A stretch of 64,000 nt of DNA from Blasia pusilla (taxonomy: Eukaryota), in the NCBI GenBank assembly GCA_050084515.1, contig CM114271.1, positions 41,540,001-41,604,000 on the forward strand, given 5' to 3'. Positions 26,158-39,870 of the stretch are shown here, piece after piece; position 1 is the first letter of the stretch; the number at the start of each line of letters is the position of its first letter. The notes under the pieces were generated by a model. It did not search any database. It worked only from the letters and a program-made list of their open reading frames with translations, and had not been told where the DNA came from. Position numbers and translations under genes: made by a program.

Positions 26158-29100
26158 CTATCCATACCTCGCAGCAGAGCCACCAGCTACTTTAGCGGCT
26201 TCGGCTGCTGTCACCCTCCTTCGCTTCAGCTGCAGTAAGAATTCACGAAGCAAAATCACGTGCTCGGTAAATATTCTGGATCCTGATCACTCATGATTAA
26301 AACAGGAAAAAAAATTCTTGATATGACATTGGGCTTTGAGGATGCCAATTAATTGTGAGATTTTAATGGCATCGTCAATCTTCGGGCCTTCACAAAAGAA
26401 AGGTAAAATACACTATGAGTTTTAGATCCAAAGTCGGCTGCTGCACAGATTCAACTCTTATTGCTAGTGGGTCCGGTTTCTGTTTGAACACACTGCATTA
26501 GCAAAAAGACCCCAGGGACCAATACATCATTAAAAGGGTGGAAATTTTCCCCAGCGCACCTGTTCAGCATTGAATAGTTCTTCAGAAATCCTTTCATCAT
26601 ACTTACGCTTCTTCTCTTGCTTCATGTATTCTTCCATCTCTCGTCCATAATCAGATTCCCTGCACTTTCCAACTAGCTCGCATAAGTCGCCAGTTTCAGA
26701 ACTTACAAGAAGATGTAACGACAGCAAGCAGCAGTCACATCCACTGTTCCAGGCGGACTTTCTCATGCATTTTCAGTTTAACAAATCCAATGGTTCGTCA
26801 CGTCCATGAGCTATGTCTTGAAGGAAGGAAAACAATGGAGCATCCACAAAGCCCCGGGACCAAGCCTAGAACAAACTTGGGGACACAAAAATGAAGCTCA
26901 ACCAGGGCCAGCCTCACCATACCAAACCGACGATGATGAGCAGAACAGGGATACTAACCTACAATCCGCCATTCCACCAACCTAGATTGAACTTTTATCA
27001 AAGCCTGATTTCTGAATCTGAGTATTTGGGGTCTTTAAAACTTAGACTCTCACAAAGAGACATAGCTCCATATCTTATCTGTCAGCCTCTTCTATGAAAT
27101 ATTTGCCAAACGAAGCCAACGAAAAAATCTAATCCTCCAGGGATACTCTATTCACTTCGCCAAAGTGCCATAGCCTGTTGGCCTCATGAACTCTCCCCCA
27201 TTTCATATTGCAAGCAACGGATAAAAAGTCATCTCCACAGAGCCACTATCAGGGAGCATTTGCCAATTGATTTCAAGTTCATCAAATTGATTCATTCCAG
27301 GAGAATTTCCTTGAATTAGGACAGAAAAGATCTGGCTGTGACTTTGACTTCCAAATTCAGTATTGCATGTCATGAGAATCACATATTTACAAAATCCTAG
27401 GGGGAATGAACTTCAGCTAAACCAAAACACCTGTGAAAACTAGAGCAATTTCATCTCCAGAAATCCAATGGGGCTCCACTAAACATCTTACCGTCCTCCC
27501 ATACATCATCATAAATCAGTAACTGCATGCCAGGAGTTGGTATTACCTTTTCAGATGGTCAGAGAATCCTGATTATCATACATTAACAAGTCATTTCATA
27601 ATGAACCTGTTCAAAAGTTTGTGACATCCTGCTCCAAGAGTTTCTCAGAGGAGGACCTCAAGACAATGACCTACATGAAACAATGTTTGCTCCATACCTG
27701 TAAGGTTCTTTGGCAAACGGTACAAGAGAGCTGAAGCTGTTTCCAGACAAAGCAGCACCCTGTGTAAGTAATTCCTTCTTAGCATCAGTCAATCCATACA
27801 CCAATCTGAAAAAAATTGGAACTTCATGGTTCGCCACTTCTGCTTTTATCAATCAAACTACACACAAATAACAAAGCCCTGCAAGTGCAATGACATTGAG
27901 TAACTCCTTCGATCTCATGAGATCAACATATGAACCTGCAAAAAACCAAAATGATATGTTCTTCGTGTCTGGGTAAAGCCCAAAACAGTCTATGGCAACT
28001 GGTAAGAAACCAGCAGTCACAACGCCAAAATGTTCTATCTCAATTCGCACTTCAGCTAGATGTCTCTCATAGACAATTTAGAGCAATATATGGGTTTGCA
28101 AGGAGGAGGACGAATACCCTCTTGAAACGCTTGAAATTTTGGAATGTTGTGTCTGACACATTCCAATTCTTCACAACAACCAATACGTTGCTGTAAATTA
28201 TATCTGTCTCTATCTCTTCAGACACAATTGAGGCCGCCTCAACCTTCACTTTTCCTCCTGTTTCATGTCTGCTCCCTCTCAGGCCACTGGCTTTGCACAG
28301 AGGTACATTCTCGTTTTCGCCTTTTCCAATTTCTTCCATCCTCTTCCCCTGACACTTGCCAGGCTTCCTGAATTGAGGCTGTTGACCAGTAGACCTGTCT
28401 TCACATTCAGCATTAATTGCTCCGGGGTTTGTATCCGGAGAAATGTGTCTTACTGAGGGTTCCAAAACTGAGCATATTGAAGTCCTTTTCTCTTGATGTT
28501 TGCTAGATTCCACAAAGAGTTGTGGTTCGGGCAAAACTAGAGCAGCAGATCCACTTTTTTGCTCAGCAACAATTCCATTTCTTATTGGATCAAGAAAGGG
28601 TTGTTGAGAGGGCAGCGCAGTTACTCCAACAATCTGTGAGCCAAAGAGTTTGCTGGTTAATTAGCTTCAATAGTTTTACACCAGCCAGCACAGCCGTAAC
28701 CCATGACAAGAATTTCCGCTCTCTTGGTTACTTACAGCTGTTGTCACATCATAAACACAGCACACCTAAAACCTCAGGTGCTCCCTGGTCTAAAGTTTGT
28801 GCCAATTTTTCATCAAAGGTTACAAGCACCGGTTAGATGACATCATCACAAGCTAACTTGTCTGTCACCTGACCTGGACAAGCTCTTGATGTATTGAGTC
28901 CCCCGAATCCTCCTCTGCTTGCTCATCAACTTCATCCACAGTTTCATCCGTATCTATGCTTGCTGCTGGACCTGCACACAGCAGCACAAGTAGTCAATAG
29001 AATCCACCAGACAATTGTGCAGCTGATCTACAGTTGAGCAGTAAAGATCCAATTACATATCTCCAATACCCAGGGAACAAAAGTTGAAGAGGTGAGACGA

Positions 29101-32100
29101 GGGTCATCTGTATAATACTTATTGAAGTGTTGCTTGATGAGACAGTCAATTCTCCTGCCAGTATGCTCCTTAGTAAATCTTCCTCGCCCACTGCCCGGAG
29201 GTGATGAACAAAAGGCAGAGCCTTGTTTCCCAACCATTCCTTTCTTGAAGAAAACCCCCTTGGGATAAGTAGCAGGCCCTGGTGGGGCACTGATTTGCAA
29301 ACCTCCTGAGGAACCAAAGTCAAATGTTCTGAACATCAACATTTAAAACAGGATACATGGCCACTGTCATGACACTGCTGTTTCCACCAGAATAAAAACA
29401 ATTGCTGAGAGTGTGAAGGAAATGAACCTGCCTCTATACTTTTATGTGAAAAAACCTCCACAGCTGCTCCCGCAATTTTTGAAAGAGTAGGTAGATCTTG
29501 GCAGTGATACTGCATAATAAAACAATCATCACCTGATAAGAGGAAATACAATGGCAATTCAAGGAAACAAAATGAAGAAATCTCATGCCAAAATCAATAT
29601 CATAACAGTACTCACTAGAGACTCATTCCCCATGACAATGATCCACCCTTTCAAAACACTCTCTCTCGCCTTTGGTTGTACGATAGAAGTAGCCAAGGTA
29701 AGACCTCCGGCGTCTATTTTCAAAGTTGGGACATATCTGCAAATGGAGTTACAGTGAGTACAAATAACAGTAGATCGCTTGTTATGGACCTAAGAGTAAA
29801 GCAAGTTTGGTGACAAATGGTGAGATATAAGATGATTCACATGTCTTTTATTCAGGAAATGCCAAAGTGCCAGTTTATTTAATGTACTCTAGTTTTCTGT
29901 GAGACACCAGATCAGCCAAGGAAACCCAAAACAAACAAGAACTACTGAGGTGTAACATCCAGTTCACTCCACAAGTACGTATTGAATATTTTCAAGTCTG
30001 TGGGATAGTAATACCCTCTAAAAACTTTGATAAAGTTTACGCTCAATGAAATCACTTGTTATCCCTAGCTTCTTCTTTGACTTCTGCAGTAATGGCAGGT
30101 ATGTACTTTACAATTCACGTGCTTCTTGTACACATTACTTGCTTTCTACCTGTCCTAACAAATTTCTGGCATGCCCATCAGAATTCGAAATAAATCTGAA
30201 ACAGTCAGCTTTGAAGACAGTTAACCAAAGGTGGAAGAGCCCTTTCAGGAGCCAACTAAAGTATACTATTGTTCAAACTTGTCTAGACATCTAACTTGGA
30301 CTCATACTGGGACCAACAGTCTATAGTTTAGGGAGACATCAATTCAACTACAAAATCATGGGGCTCTAGCACACCAAACATACATCCAAGCAACTGTCAT
30401 CTCGTCCACTTCATGGGCCAGAAAACTTAACAGACCACCTTAAGAGATACCATAAGAGATCCCTTCACATATCTTTTCATCAGCACTATCACCGCCTGGG
30501 ACGAAGTATCTCACAGGCCTATAGTAGATGGGGTCCTTATCCCTATATTGTTTCTTACTCAGGACGTGATCTACTATGGATAGGTCTGTCAGAAAAACTT
30601 CAAATTGTACATATTCTGGATTAAATTTGGGCATAAATCCCATAGAAACAGAAGGTTACTTAATAACAACTAACCACACTTCCACAAATCTTTAAGTTCA
30701 ATAACAAGATTAAGTCTGGATAGCCCGGAATGTTGCAGTGATCTTTCTCACCTCCAAATTAAGATTAGGTTGGATTGTTAACAATAGGGTCTTCAAAAAC
30801 ATACTTTCTACATATTCCAAACACTAAGCGCTTTGATCTATTCAGGACAGATGATAAGTCCTCTGTGTGTGCCAAAAACTTTTCAGAGAAGATTTCTATA
30901 CAAAACTTTGTATGTGTGTGAAAACAATGTTTGATCTGAAATGATAAACTAACTTAACTACACGATTAACTCTTCTGCAAAATTAGTTTCTGGTGAATCA
31001 AACTTTATACACAGGATTGCACAAGGTGATTCCATGCACAGAAGAGTTTCCTTACCTTGATAAACAGGGCAGTTCACTGCTTGGAGAGTCTAGTGCAATC
31101 AGAGCCTGGTCCAGATAAGAAACCCACTCAGAGTAATGAACATGAGCAAGGGAACTTCACAGCTCATACATCCCAAAGCAAACAAGACTCAATATGGCAT
31201 AAATACTATGAGTCAGCTTAATCTCTGAGAGAAAACACCCGAACTTAATGAATACAACCTATCAAGGACACCACAATCCACCAGCAACACCAATCGTCAA
31301 TCCAATGAACCAGTAACTTCTGGCACAAAGTATTCTCACATCAAGAGAATGACCAGCAACCAGTCATTCAATACTTCTACTACCAACGGGTATACATCAG
31401 AGTTTCAGAAGACCAATTGAACCTTACCTGAAGCCATCCCAGTGACACCACAGATTTTTTGCTTATAACAGCCTTTATAACAAGCTCTGTAAGAGGTGAA
31501 TCTTCCTCCACAAGCAGGTGCGTGCAGCAATTATTCCATTCCTCAAAAACATATGCTCCTGACTTTGCCAACAGATGCATTAAACAAATCATATAGTTTG
31601 TCATCACCTTTTACTGAATTTTTTTCAGTGGAATGCTTGCCCAAGAAAGATGCCAGTACAAAGGTTGGAGTATCATTCACTTGGAAACTCATGCCCTCCA
31701 GGATGCATAGGTGAAATTTGCAGTTGATGAATTTGTATACTGAAATTATCAGACAGATGAGCTACAGTGCATGTCTAGATCATGTTACTAATGCTGCTCC
31801 ACAGCAATCACCATACCATGCCTACAAAATGGCGGAGAAACATTAAATAAAGACGTTCCTAAAGACAAAACTAGCTCACCCATGGCAGACTCCACTTTTG
31901 ATACCACTTCTTTGTTACTTTGGCCATCCGATTTGGACAAGCAAAACACTAGAGGATGATACAGGAGCCTGGAACAACAATTGATTTACCCAGGTTAGTA
32001 GGTTATTAGGTGCATACCAACCATAAAGGCAACCACTATCATGGCAGACCTACAAAAACTTTATGGTGAACATTCTCCTTGCCTTCGGAAAAATTTTCCA

Positions 32101-34103
32101 ACACCTACTTTGATTGGTGATGATAAACTGTTTTACGAAAACAGTGGGAATCCCTGTAAGAAAGGTAATCATAAGCACCTCTTGCATAAAACTACTACAC
32201 TAGGTTATGTTTGAGCCACTCATGCCAGATGGAGCGTTGGAGACAGTCCACATTATTGAAAACTTGTCTGCATGGTTTAGTATCTTCTCACCAGGTCACA
32301 GGACAATCATCAACAAAGTGCCTTGAAGCTTGCCTAACAAGGTACAATTAGGACTGTTTACCTTCCACAGTTGCTAGTCATTTACAGACTTTACGACCAG
32401 TTGTGTAAGAATTAAGATGCAGAATACTCTCTAAGTTTTGCAGTCTGTTCAACTCCAAATAGATGTCCTCTATAGTAAAACCTATTTACTTTTCATGGCA
32501 TCTACTGCAATTTCTGACTGCAATCAGAAGTTGATTCGCAAATCTATTGGCTGATGTGTTTAGAAGTCACGAATAAAAAGTCTCTACTTTGGATGTCTTC
32601 CTGGTTGTTGCATACCATCATCACTATCTAGAAGCTGATGCAGATGAAACCTTCCGGTTAAAAGATGGTGGGTGGGGGTGGACATTTGAGACAGTGGGAC
32701 GTACAGTTGCCATGGTTTCCTATGAGGTATCACTTCAGTCACCAAACATTTTGGTATCATTTTTGCGATACCTTTTACTCTATAGGAGAGAGTAAGACTT
32801 ACCTACAACTATTCCATGTGATATGACAGGTGTTGACCCTTATGACCCAGATGTATGGGTGCAAGCATGTTATCAGATGGCGGACATTTTTCGTAGAGTT
32901 ATGCCTACACTGAAGAAATTCTCTCGCTATTTTGTTGCTGCACCGTTTCATTGTCTTGAACTGCCTGCAAGTATCTTTCTTGATAAAAAATATTCTTAGC
33001 TAATAGTATGCCAGATGCCCATCAATGTTAAACTAGAATTTTTACAGAAGGTCTACTGTCTGGCGACCATCTTCGACATAACAAGAAGCCAACCTTCCTC
33101 ATAGAACGTATTCTGTTCGACTCGAACTCATCTTTACTGTGGAGCCAAAAAGACACATTTGCTGGATACGGAACTAGAATTGCGATGTGATGTGGACGAA
33201 ATGATAGGCATCCCAGATTCAATAACTGACCTGCAAGTCGTTTTATTGGTACCAAATGTTATCACGTCTTCATTCTTTAGCTGAACCATGCTCTCCGGAG
33301 ACGAATTTACGGGTTTTGAGGAAACCTCTTTATTAATAAAGGTACCAAACTTTGAGAGGTCCTTCAGGTGTATATTGCTGCGGGGCCCTAAATCATGGCT
33401 CGCTTCAGCAAGACATTCAACAACGGCTGGCTCCACAATTATCTCTGCGTGAACTCTGGATATTGTTTTGTCTGTCTGGACTGTTATACTGCAGTCTGCG
33501 AACAAAATTGGCATTATACAACTCCGACGGCTTCTGGTTTTGACTATGAACTGAAGAAAGTGCCTCGTAACGTGCGTAGCGAGTTGCAAAACGAAACTTA
33601 AGAAAACTCCACTTGAGAGAGTCTATGACACGTTGGGCCTTACTTGGAGGGAAACGGACCACGATTCTGGTCAAAAAAGTAGGATTACATATGAACATAT
33701 GAACATATGAACTTTACGATGTTAGCGTACCTTTTCGGCCCACCGTATATGTGCCAGGAGCTGTGAAGTAGTAGCTTCCATTGCCTGCAAAGTCTAGCCA
33801 TTGGGAACCAGGAGTCAATTCCCGGGCTCCAAAACCATCAGTCTTGTCTACATGCAATCTCTTGGGCAAAAATCGAATAAATGACTACCGAAACAGAGTT
33901 AATCAAAGCATTCCAACGTCCACATCCTTACCCCCAGTGCTGATCTCCTAAGGGAATCGAGAGTAAGACGCCTACATTTAGTTGGCCCCAGAACATTGAG
34001 CCTATATTTTACACGGAGCAATCCATCAGAAATCTCATCGGGAAAGAGATGCAGGCGGCGTACCAGTAACGACAGATTCCTCGAATGTCACGAACCACAC
34101 CAT
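26158..34103 (-). CDS. NBS1: Nibrin/NBS1 (MRN complex; FHA + BRCT + C-terminal Mre11-binding motif), multi-exon
   Basis: Exons 34103-34064 (MVWFVTFEESVVTG), 33784-33731 (YYFTAPGTYTVGRK), 33495-33231 (DKTISRVHAEI..KDLSKFGTFIN..ITFGT, FHA), ~31969-31880, ~31557-31429 (CTHLLVEE..WLQ, BRCT), ~31107-31056, ~29737-29617, ~29507-29154, ~28970-28110 (NFKRFKR), ~27759-27699 (GNSFSSLVPFAKEPY), ~26659-26560 (KQEKKRK..EELF) and ~26229-26158. Internal boundaries are approximate. Confidence 0.9.
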
Positions 34104-34580
34104 AATTCGAACCTGTGCGGCGCAACACTGCACCGTCAAGCCAGACTCCAAATTGCGGTTTCTCCTACATCGGAGAAAGAGAATCACGTGTGATACTGAT
34201 CGGCTTCGAGCCCTCACAACACAATTACGAATTGCACTTCAACCCCACGCGATCGAACATTTACAATTTTCGGCCTCAAAATGTTCGCGTTCTTCGAAAC
34301 TGTTCCTACAATTGAGCCACAATTTTAAAGAGAATCTTGTGGCTGGGGACATGCTCCATACTCCTCGGGGCTACCTTTTGGGCGACGATTTCTGCTCATA
34401 GAGTGAAAACTATCACACGCCATAATTTTGTTCAAACGAGTATCGGTGGACATCATTTAATGCCCTGGGCATTTTGGAGGGATGACAACCAGAAACTAAG
34501 GGACAAATTAGGGAAATATTTAAACTCCGGGAAACTTCATTTCGCGGGAAGAAACTCAGGAGGATGATTTTTGTTAATAG

Positions 34581-34864
34581 TAGGGCCACTCATTTCGTCC
34601 CGACGGGGAACAAATACGGGTACGGAGGAAATTCCCCCGTGTACTCCACACGAGTGGATTTTATTGAATAATAATAATAATTTTCGATAAACAAGAATTT
34701 AAAAATTGATATTGTCCGGAAGAGGAAAAAAAAAATTTCAGACGTCCCTAAAAATTGCCGTTCCCAGAAACGGGAGTCGTAGGTAGGTACCCGTTTCTCC
34801 AAACATGCATTTGCCATTGCCATGACTCGCGGGGGCCTCCCAACTTTGGCAATGAGTGGCCCTA
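34581..34864. mobile_element. hAT-like MITE upstream of NBS1
   Basis: 14-bp TIR TAGGGCCACTCATT ... AATGAGTGGCCCTA; the 8-bp flanks GTTAATAG and GTAACTCG match only partly. Confidence 0.6.
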
Positions 34865-34999
34865 GTAACTCGAGGTGCTAGCCCGTGCCATGCATGGGTG
34901 AAACCGAGTCGTCCCACTTAATAGTTACTCCTTTTAAATGTGCCACACGTTAGCATGTAAGGGATTAAATTGCATACCGAGGAAGCCCCTACTTGAAAT

Positions 35000-35510
35000 C
35001 ACATACTCTTTTAATAGTGTAATATAGCATCTTTTTTATTTGCAAACACCTTTATGTTTGCCATGTGGTAATTCGGCAGCAAAAGAATATTTCTTCTTAT
35101 TTTGGTAGTAAGATAAAAATTTGAATTTGTGTGCAACATCATTAATCCCTTCCCTTCACAAGCTATACACTAACAAAAGCTCTTCAACACTTTTATATTT
35201 CCCGTGCATCCCATGGGCACCTTACTAGTAGTATAGATTTGGAAAGAAAAAAAATCATCTTACGCGGAAAATTTCATGTAAAATTTATATTATTATGGGA
35301 GAGTTTATTTTTTATTTGCAAACACTCTCTATTTGACAAGTGGCAACTGGGCAACAAGAAAATGTTTCACATGCTACCGGCAACAAGAAAGATATTTGAA
35401 TTTGTGTGCAGCATCATTACTCCTTTCCCTTCCCTTTCGGACTATAAACTAGTAAAAGCTCTTCAAACACTTTTTTATTTTATGTGCATCGCACAGACAC
35501 CTTATTAGTA
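35000..35510 (+). repeat. Two tandem Helitron-like 3' termini
   Basis: A duplicated ~200-bp unit ending CCCGTGCATCCCATGGGCACCTTACTAG|T (~35229) and GTGCATCGCACAGACACCTTATTAG|T (~35508), i.e. hairpin plus CTRR. Confidence 0.6.
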
Positions 35511-35829
35511 ATTTGTATTTTGCAAGTTTGTACTTGGGGCTCTACTATAGTAGGAGAAAATACTAGCAAATAACAACTATTCACCACGCCATGCATGAAA
35601 AATTCATTTGTCTCTATGCCAAAATTGACATTTTATGCTGAAATTTTTCTTCAAGAAATTTTTTATACAACATTGTGAGTATAAAATATGTTTTTCATAT
35701 GAAGGTTATCAGGTGTGTTATGTCGAATATTGTATCCATTCTTGATAAATCTATATATAATTTTCCATGAGGGGAATAAAGATGTTGGTAACTACATTCT
35801 AACCTTTTGAAAAAAATTACCTTAGGACT

Positions 35830-38240
35830 CATTCATAATAACGGGCAAACACAGATAAGAAATTGATATCTATGAAAATCAAAAGGCAAGCAAAAGTTAG
35901 ACGCAATTTAAAGGAAAAAAAATGTATGGGATGAAAAGTCCATCTCCAATTTTTCTTCCTATAATGATCCCAACCTCTATCACATATGGCATGAATTTGT
36001 TTCCCATCAATGAGGCCTTTTGTATCATTCATATTTGGTAATAACATGATTGGTACCCCAATCTTTAAAGACAATCTGGAATAAGTCTAGAAGATAAATA
36101 AATATTCAAAAACTATGTTGGATAAATAAGAATACATCCCCTCATCTAAAATGGAATCCGCACTAAATAAATATGCTCCTACACGTGCCATAGGAAAGCA
36201 TATAAGTATCAAGAAAGTATATTTCATTTTCTTATACAATCCAAAAATGAATGAAAAAAATCCATTCATCTTTCCATGCAATCATGATCTCTATATTGAT
36301 ATTATCAACATCTGTATTTCTAGTTATCAAAATAGTTGTATCCCTCAAGAAGTTGTCGCGCGCATACACATCACTCCATAATCCATATTGTTCGTCACAT
36401 CTACACACCACACAACACCAACCTTCCCAACACACGGGTCGATCCACTCATAAGTGAAATATACTCACGCATATACGTTGAGACCACACAAAAAAATCAA
36501 AGTAAAAATGGCTCACATGGCCTAAAACTCCACTCTTGAATTTGCATCGGCATATCGAGCCACATCCACCCTCCGCTATGAGGGAATCCGGATGCTAGCA
36601 TCCTAGTTCCTATATATATAAGCAAGAGAGGTGCTCTTAAGGCCCAACATGAGAAAGATGGCTTGGGAAAGCCATCTCTCCCTCTCTCATAGCCTTGGGA
36701 AGGGCTCTTCCCCAAAAAAATAGCCATCCCATCGGTAACCTGTGCACATGGTCAGGTGATCCATTGACTCAATAGACGGGTCACGTGACTAACTAAGATC
36801 AAAATAAGGAAATAGTCAAAGACGATGTTCTTAACGCAACAAGCGTGTCACCAACCTCATCCAACATCTTAAGACAAAGTTACACCCAAACATCCCACAG
36901 ATCCTCTATGTCATCAACACGGTATAACTCTACCTATCGGCTAATTAAGATGTGACAAAGTTAGTACCTTTAAACTCTTCAAGATCAATCTCATAAATGG
37001 TATTAATTAGATCCTTATTGTTTTTAGTTTTAGATATCATGTCGTGTGACTATATATCGCTACCTAGATACATCAATTATTATCAAAACATGGGTAAGAT
37101 CCATCTATACTATGAATTCTAGCACAACTACACACGAACGATTGGACACATCCCGATATAAATCCAGTCAAGCTTTACATATGCACTCAGAAATCAGCAA
37201 GATCTCTAGCAGTTTAATGGTGATCTATAATACGTTTGCCCACCATTGACTCTCAATATTATGGCTCAACATTCACACAATGATATGCATTCAGTAGCAA
37301 CGAATGATATATGATAATCGAGAATATTGTCTAAATGTGTGATCTTCGATCAATCCTAGCCCACTTTTACCCAAGTTACCCATTCAACATAGATCATTAA
37401 TGACTTGTAGTACATAACATAAATTGGATAATGTCCACCAATGGTTATTCTCTTAAATAATGAGACACAAATCCCATGATATTCTGCCATCTACGATTAA
37501 CAACCTTAAAAACTTGACAATTAGTCATAGATGCCTCATCCCACATAATGAGCTTAGCATTTTGGATTCTACACACCTCATCATATCCACTAATTCTTGC
37601 ACGATATAATGAAATTAACCTTAATTCTGTAACAACAAAAGATATGATGTCCAACAAAGTGTAGAATCTCATATTTGTAATCTCAAATGACGTCTTTGGT
37701 TCTTACTTGCAAGTGGAACTTTCATCCATATTAAGGAGAATCTTGGAGCGAGAATGAGATGTGTGACTTCCTTCCAACAATAAAGTTCTTATTCCAGAGG
37801 AGGCAACAACTAATCCAATACCTCCTTCATATTGTACATGTTTGAAGAAGATTTTACTCAAATGTCTTCCTTGTTCCACTTGATTCGTTGATAAGAAATA
37901 TTTATCCCAAAAATCAAGGTTTAATTTAAGAAATCATAAAAAAATTATGTCAAAATTGTTTATGAAGTTATAAGTGATGTAATCTTTCATATCCTTGCAA
38001 AGATGGAACGGTTTCATTCAACTTTTGAAGTTGATTATACGTGGTATCTAAAGAGCACATTACCCATCATTTGATAATGCCTTCACAGACATATCTTGTT
38101 CATGTAACTCTTAAGTATTATATGAGATTTATTCTACCTCAAGATGCAAAGTTGAAAAGCTTTGTTGTTGGAAGATGGTTTGGGGCATCTTTGTGAAGTC
38201 TGGTAATCTTTACCCTTGATCTTCCAATGCAAGTAGAAAT
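35830..38240 (-). pseudogene. Helitron Rep/Pif1 helicase remnant, interrupted by a solo A-B insertion
   Basis: SHSRSKILLNMDESSTC (~37720-37770), AKLIMWDEASMT..FKVVNR, DLINTIY..FLRDTTILITRNTDVDNIN, LSLKIGVPIMLLPNMNDTKGLIDG. Confidence 0.8.
36354..36957 (-). mobile_element. Solo A-B terminal unit of a related split-repeat retroelement, with 4-bp TSD AAGT
   Basis: The minus strand starts TGTCACATCTT (cf. A: TGTCACGTCTT) and ends GATGTGTATGCGCGCGACA (cf. B: GATGTGTATGCGCACGACA). AAGT lies at 36350-36353 and 36958-36961. Removing the insert restores the helicase frame FKGTNFLRD. Confidence 0.8.
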
Positions 38241-38247
38241 GAACGTC

Positions 38248-39870
38248 TGGCATGCGCATATACATCGCTACACAATTCACATAGTTGGTCATCTCTACAC
38301 AACACTAATTTTCCCAACACATGGGTAGATCCACACACACACACTTTGCACTCACGTACGCATATACGCCAAGACCACATAACCCTCCCCTAATTGGCAA
38401 TTGGGTCCCCCTAATGCCAGATCACACATCTCACATCCACCCGACATGAATTAGTACCCTATACACATCTACCAACGATGGTGATGTCATGCGTGTAATA
38501 TGCTAATATGTGCTCACCTTCAGATCCATCTCATCTATCTCAACCAAGAGATATCGATGTATCCACACGTCGGCCTACAACACTACAACTGACCTCCATG
38601 TTAATCCCTCCAAAAAGGTCTAACACTCTCAATTACAAATCCTCCTCCAAACGCTACCACACAACAAATGTGGTATCCAAGGAGATCAAGTCCCCACTCC
38701 AAGAGCACAATCGTCACATGACTTTGTCTTCTCTTCTATAAAGGCATATCTTCACGCTTGCCTTACGAGCTCCTCTACACTCCTTTGCAAGTCGATGCTT
38801 GTAGGGACCCAAAAATAGTGAAGAGGTCTTCGCACCATAGGAAGAGACATGTATACCCACTATGCCATGTCTCTCCATGGAACTATCTGCTACAAGGATG
38901 TCCTCTACATAGGTGCTCTTTTTTTAATAACTCCCTCGTCATCTACTCACAACTCGTAAATGCTACCAACATGGTTACAACATCACATCATGGACCACCA
39001 ATACACCTTGCAAACCACATAGGTAAATGGCTCACCCACCCATCACACAATTTCCACCCTTGTCGACAGGAAAATGTCTCTTGCCAAAAACTGAAGGATG
39101 AAACCAAGGGCGTACATCACCATACTCCCCACAACACATCGTATGAATCTATCAATAATGTAATCACACGACTACGCACCATCGCACCATTTGAAGCATA
39201 CTTTAATTGGAGCTTGAAAAGTAGCTCCTATTAAGTCATATATTGTATGGAGGACATGCCCCCAATAGAGGTTTGTATTTGAAAGGGACAAGACTCAATG
39301 TTGGCTTTCCATAACGTCAATGCTAAACAAGCCGCCTTCCTTAACATCAAGAGTCAAGTAGGAAGTATTGTCTTTGATACACCATACCTGTGGGACTAAC
39401 CATGCAGAACATCCCGCTCTTGTTGTCCAATAACACTACATGAGATGTCACAATGGATTGCTCTATTGTTGGTCTAGCTAGGTGGCATGTCTTCCAACTT
39501 AGTCGTTATAGCCTACCATAACTCAATTGGGAATATCTTGAGCACTTGCTTTGAGGATAGGTCCACCACACCTCAACAACTATCTCTAAAGAAGAGGAAA
39601 TTACCTCTCCACTCTCACATAGCATGGCGGCCAACCGGAACACCTTGTTGGTCTAACTCCCACTGCCACCAAGTCCATGGTAGAAACAAATAGAGTTTGG
39701 CTTACCTTAGTGGCCACCTCCTCTTGCATATCAATCTCTAGTGTTGCCGAAGCATACGTTCAGTATGACACACTCTCACTGTTGATGTACATCCAAACAC
39801 ACTCACGTTATTCTAGTCTGGGTCAATCAACTTTCCAATTGCCCGAGTCTTTGCCTCAGGCTATTCATCA
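38248..39870 (-). mobile_element. Degenerate relative of the split-repeat retroelement (protease remnant, purine tract, single B)
   Basis: Minus strand VVLLDNKSGMFCMVSPTG..FLLDS at ~39350-39440 is homologous to 18497-18590; GGGGAGGG tract at ~38383-38390; B-like end TGTGTAGCGATGTATATGCGCATGCCA at 38248. Confidence 0.6.

Noticed and set aside
33932-33996. Alternative NBS1 first exon MFWGQ...
   Set aside because: It ends in phase 2, incompatible with exon 2; 34103-34064 ends in phase 1 and gives MVW, like plant NBS1.
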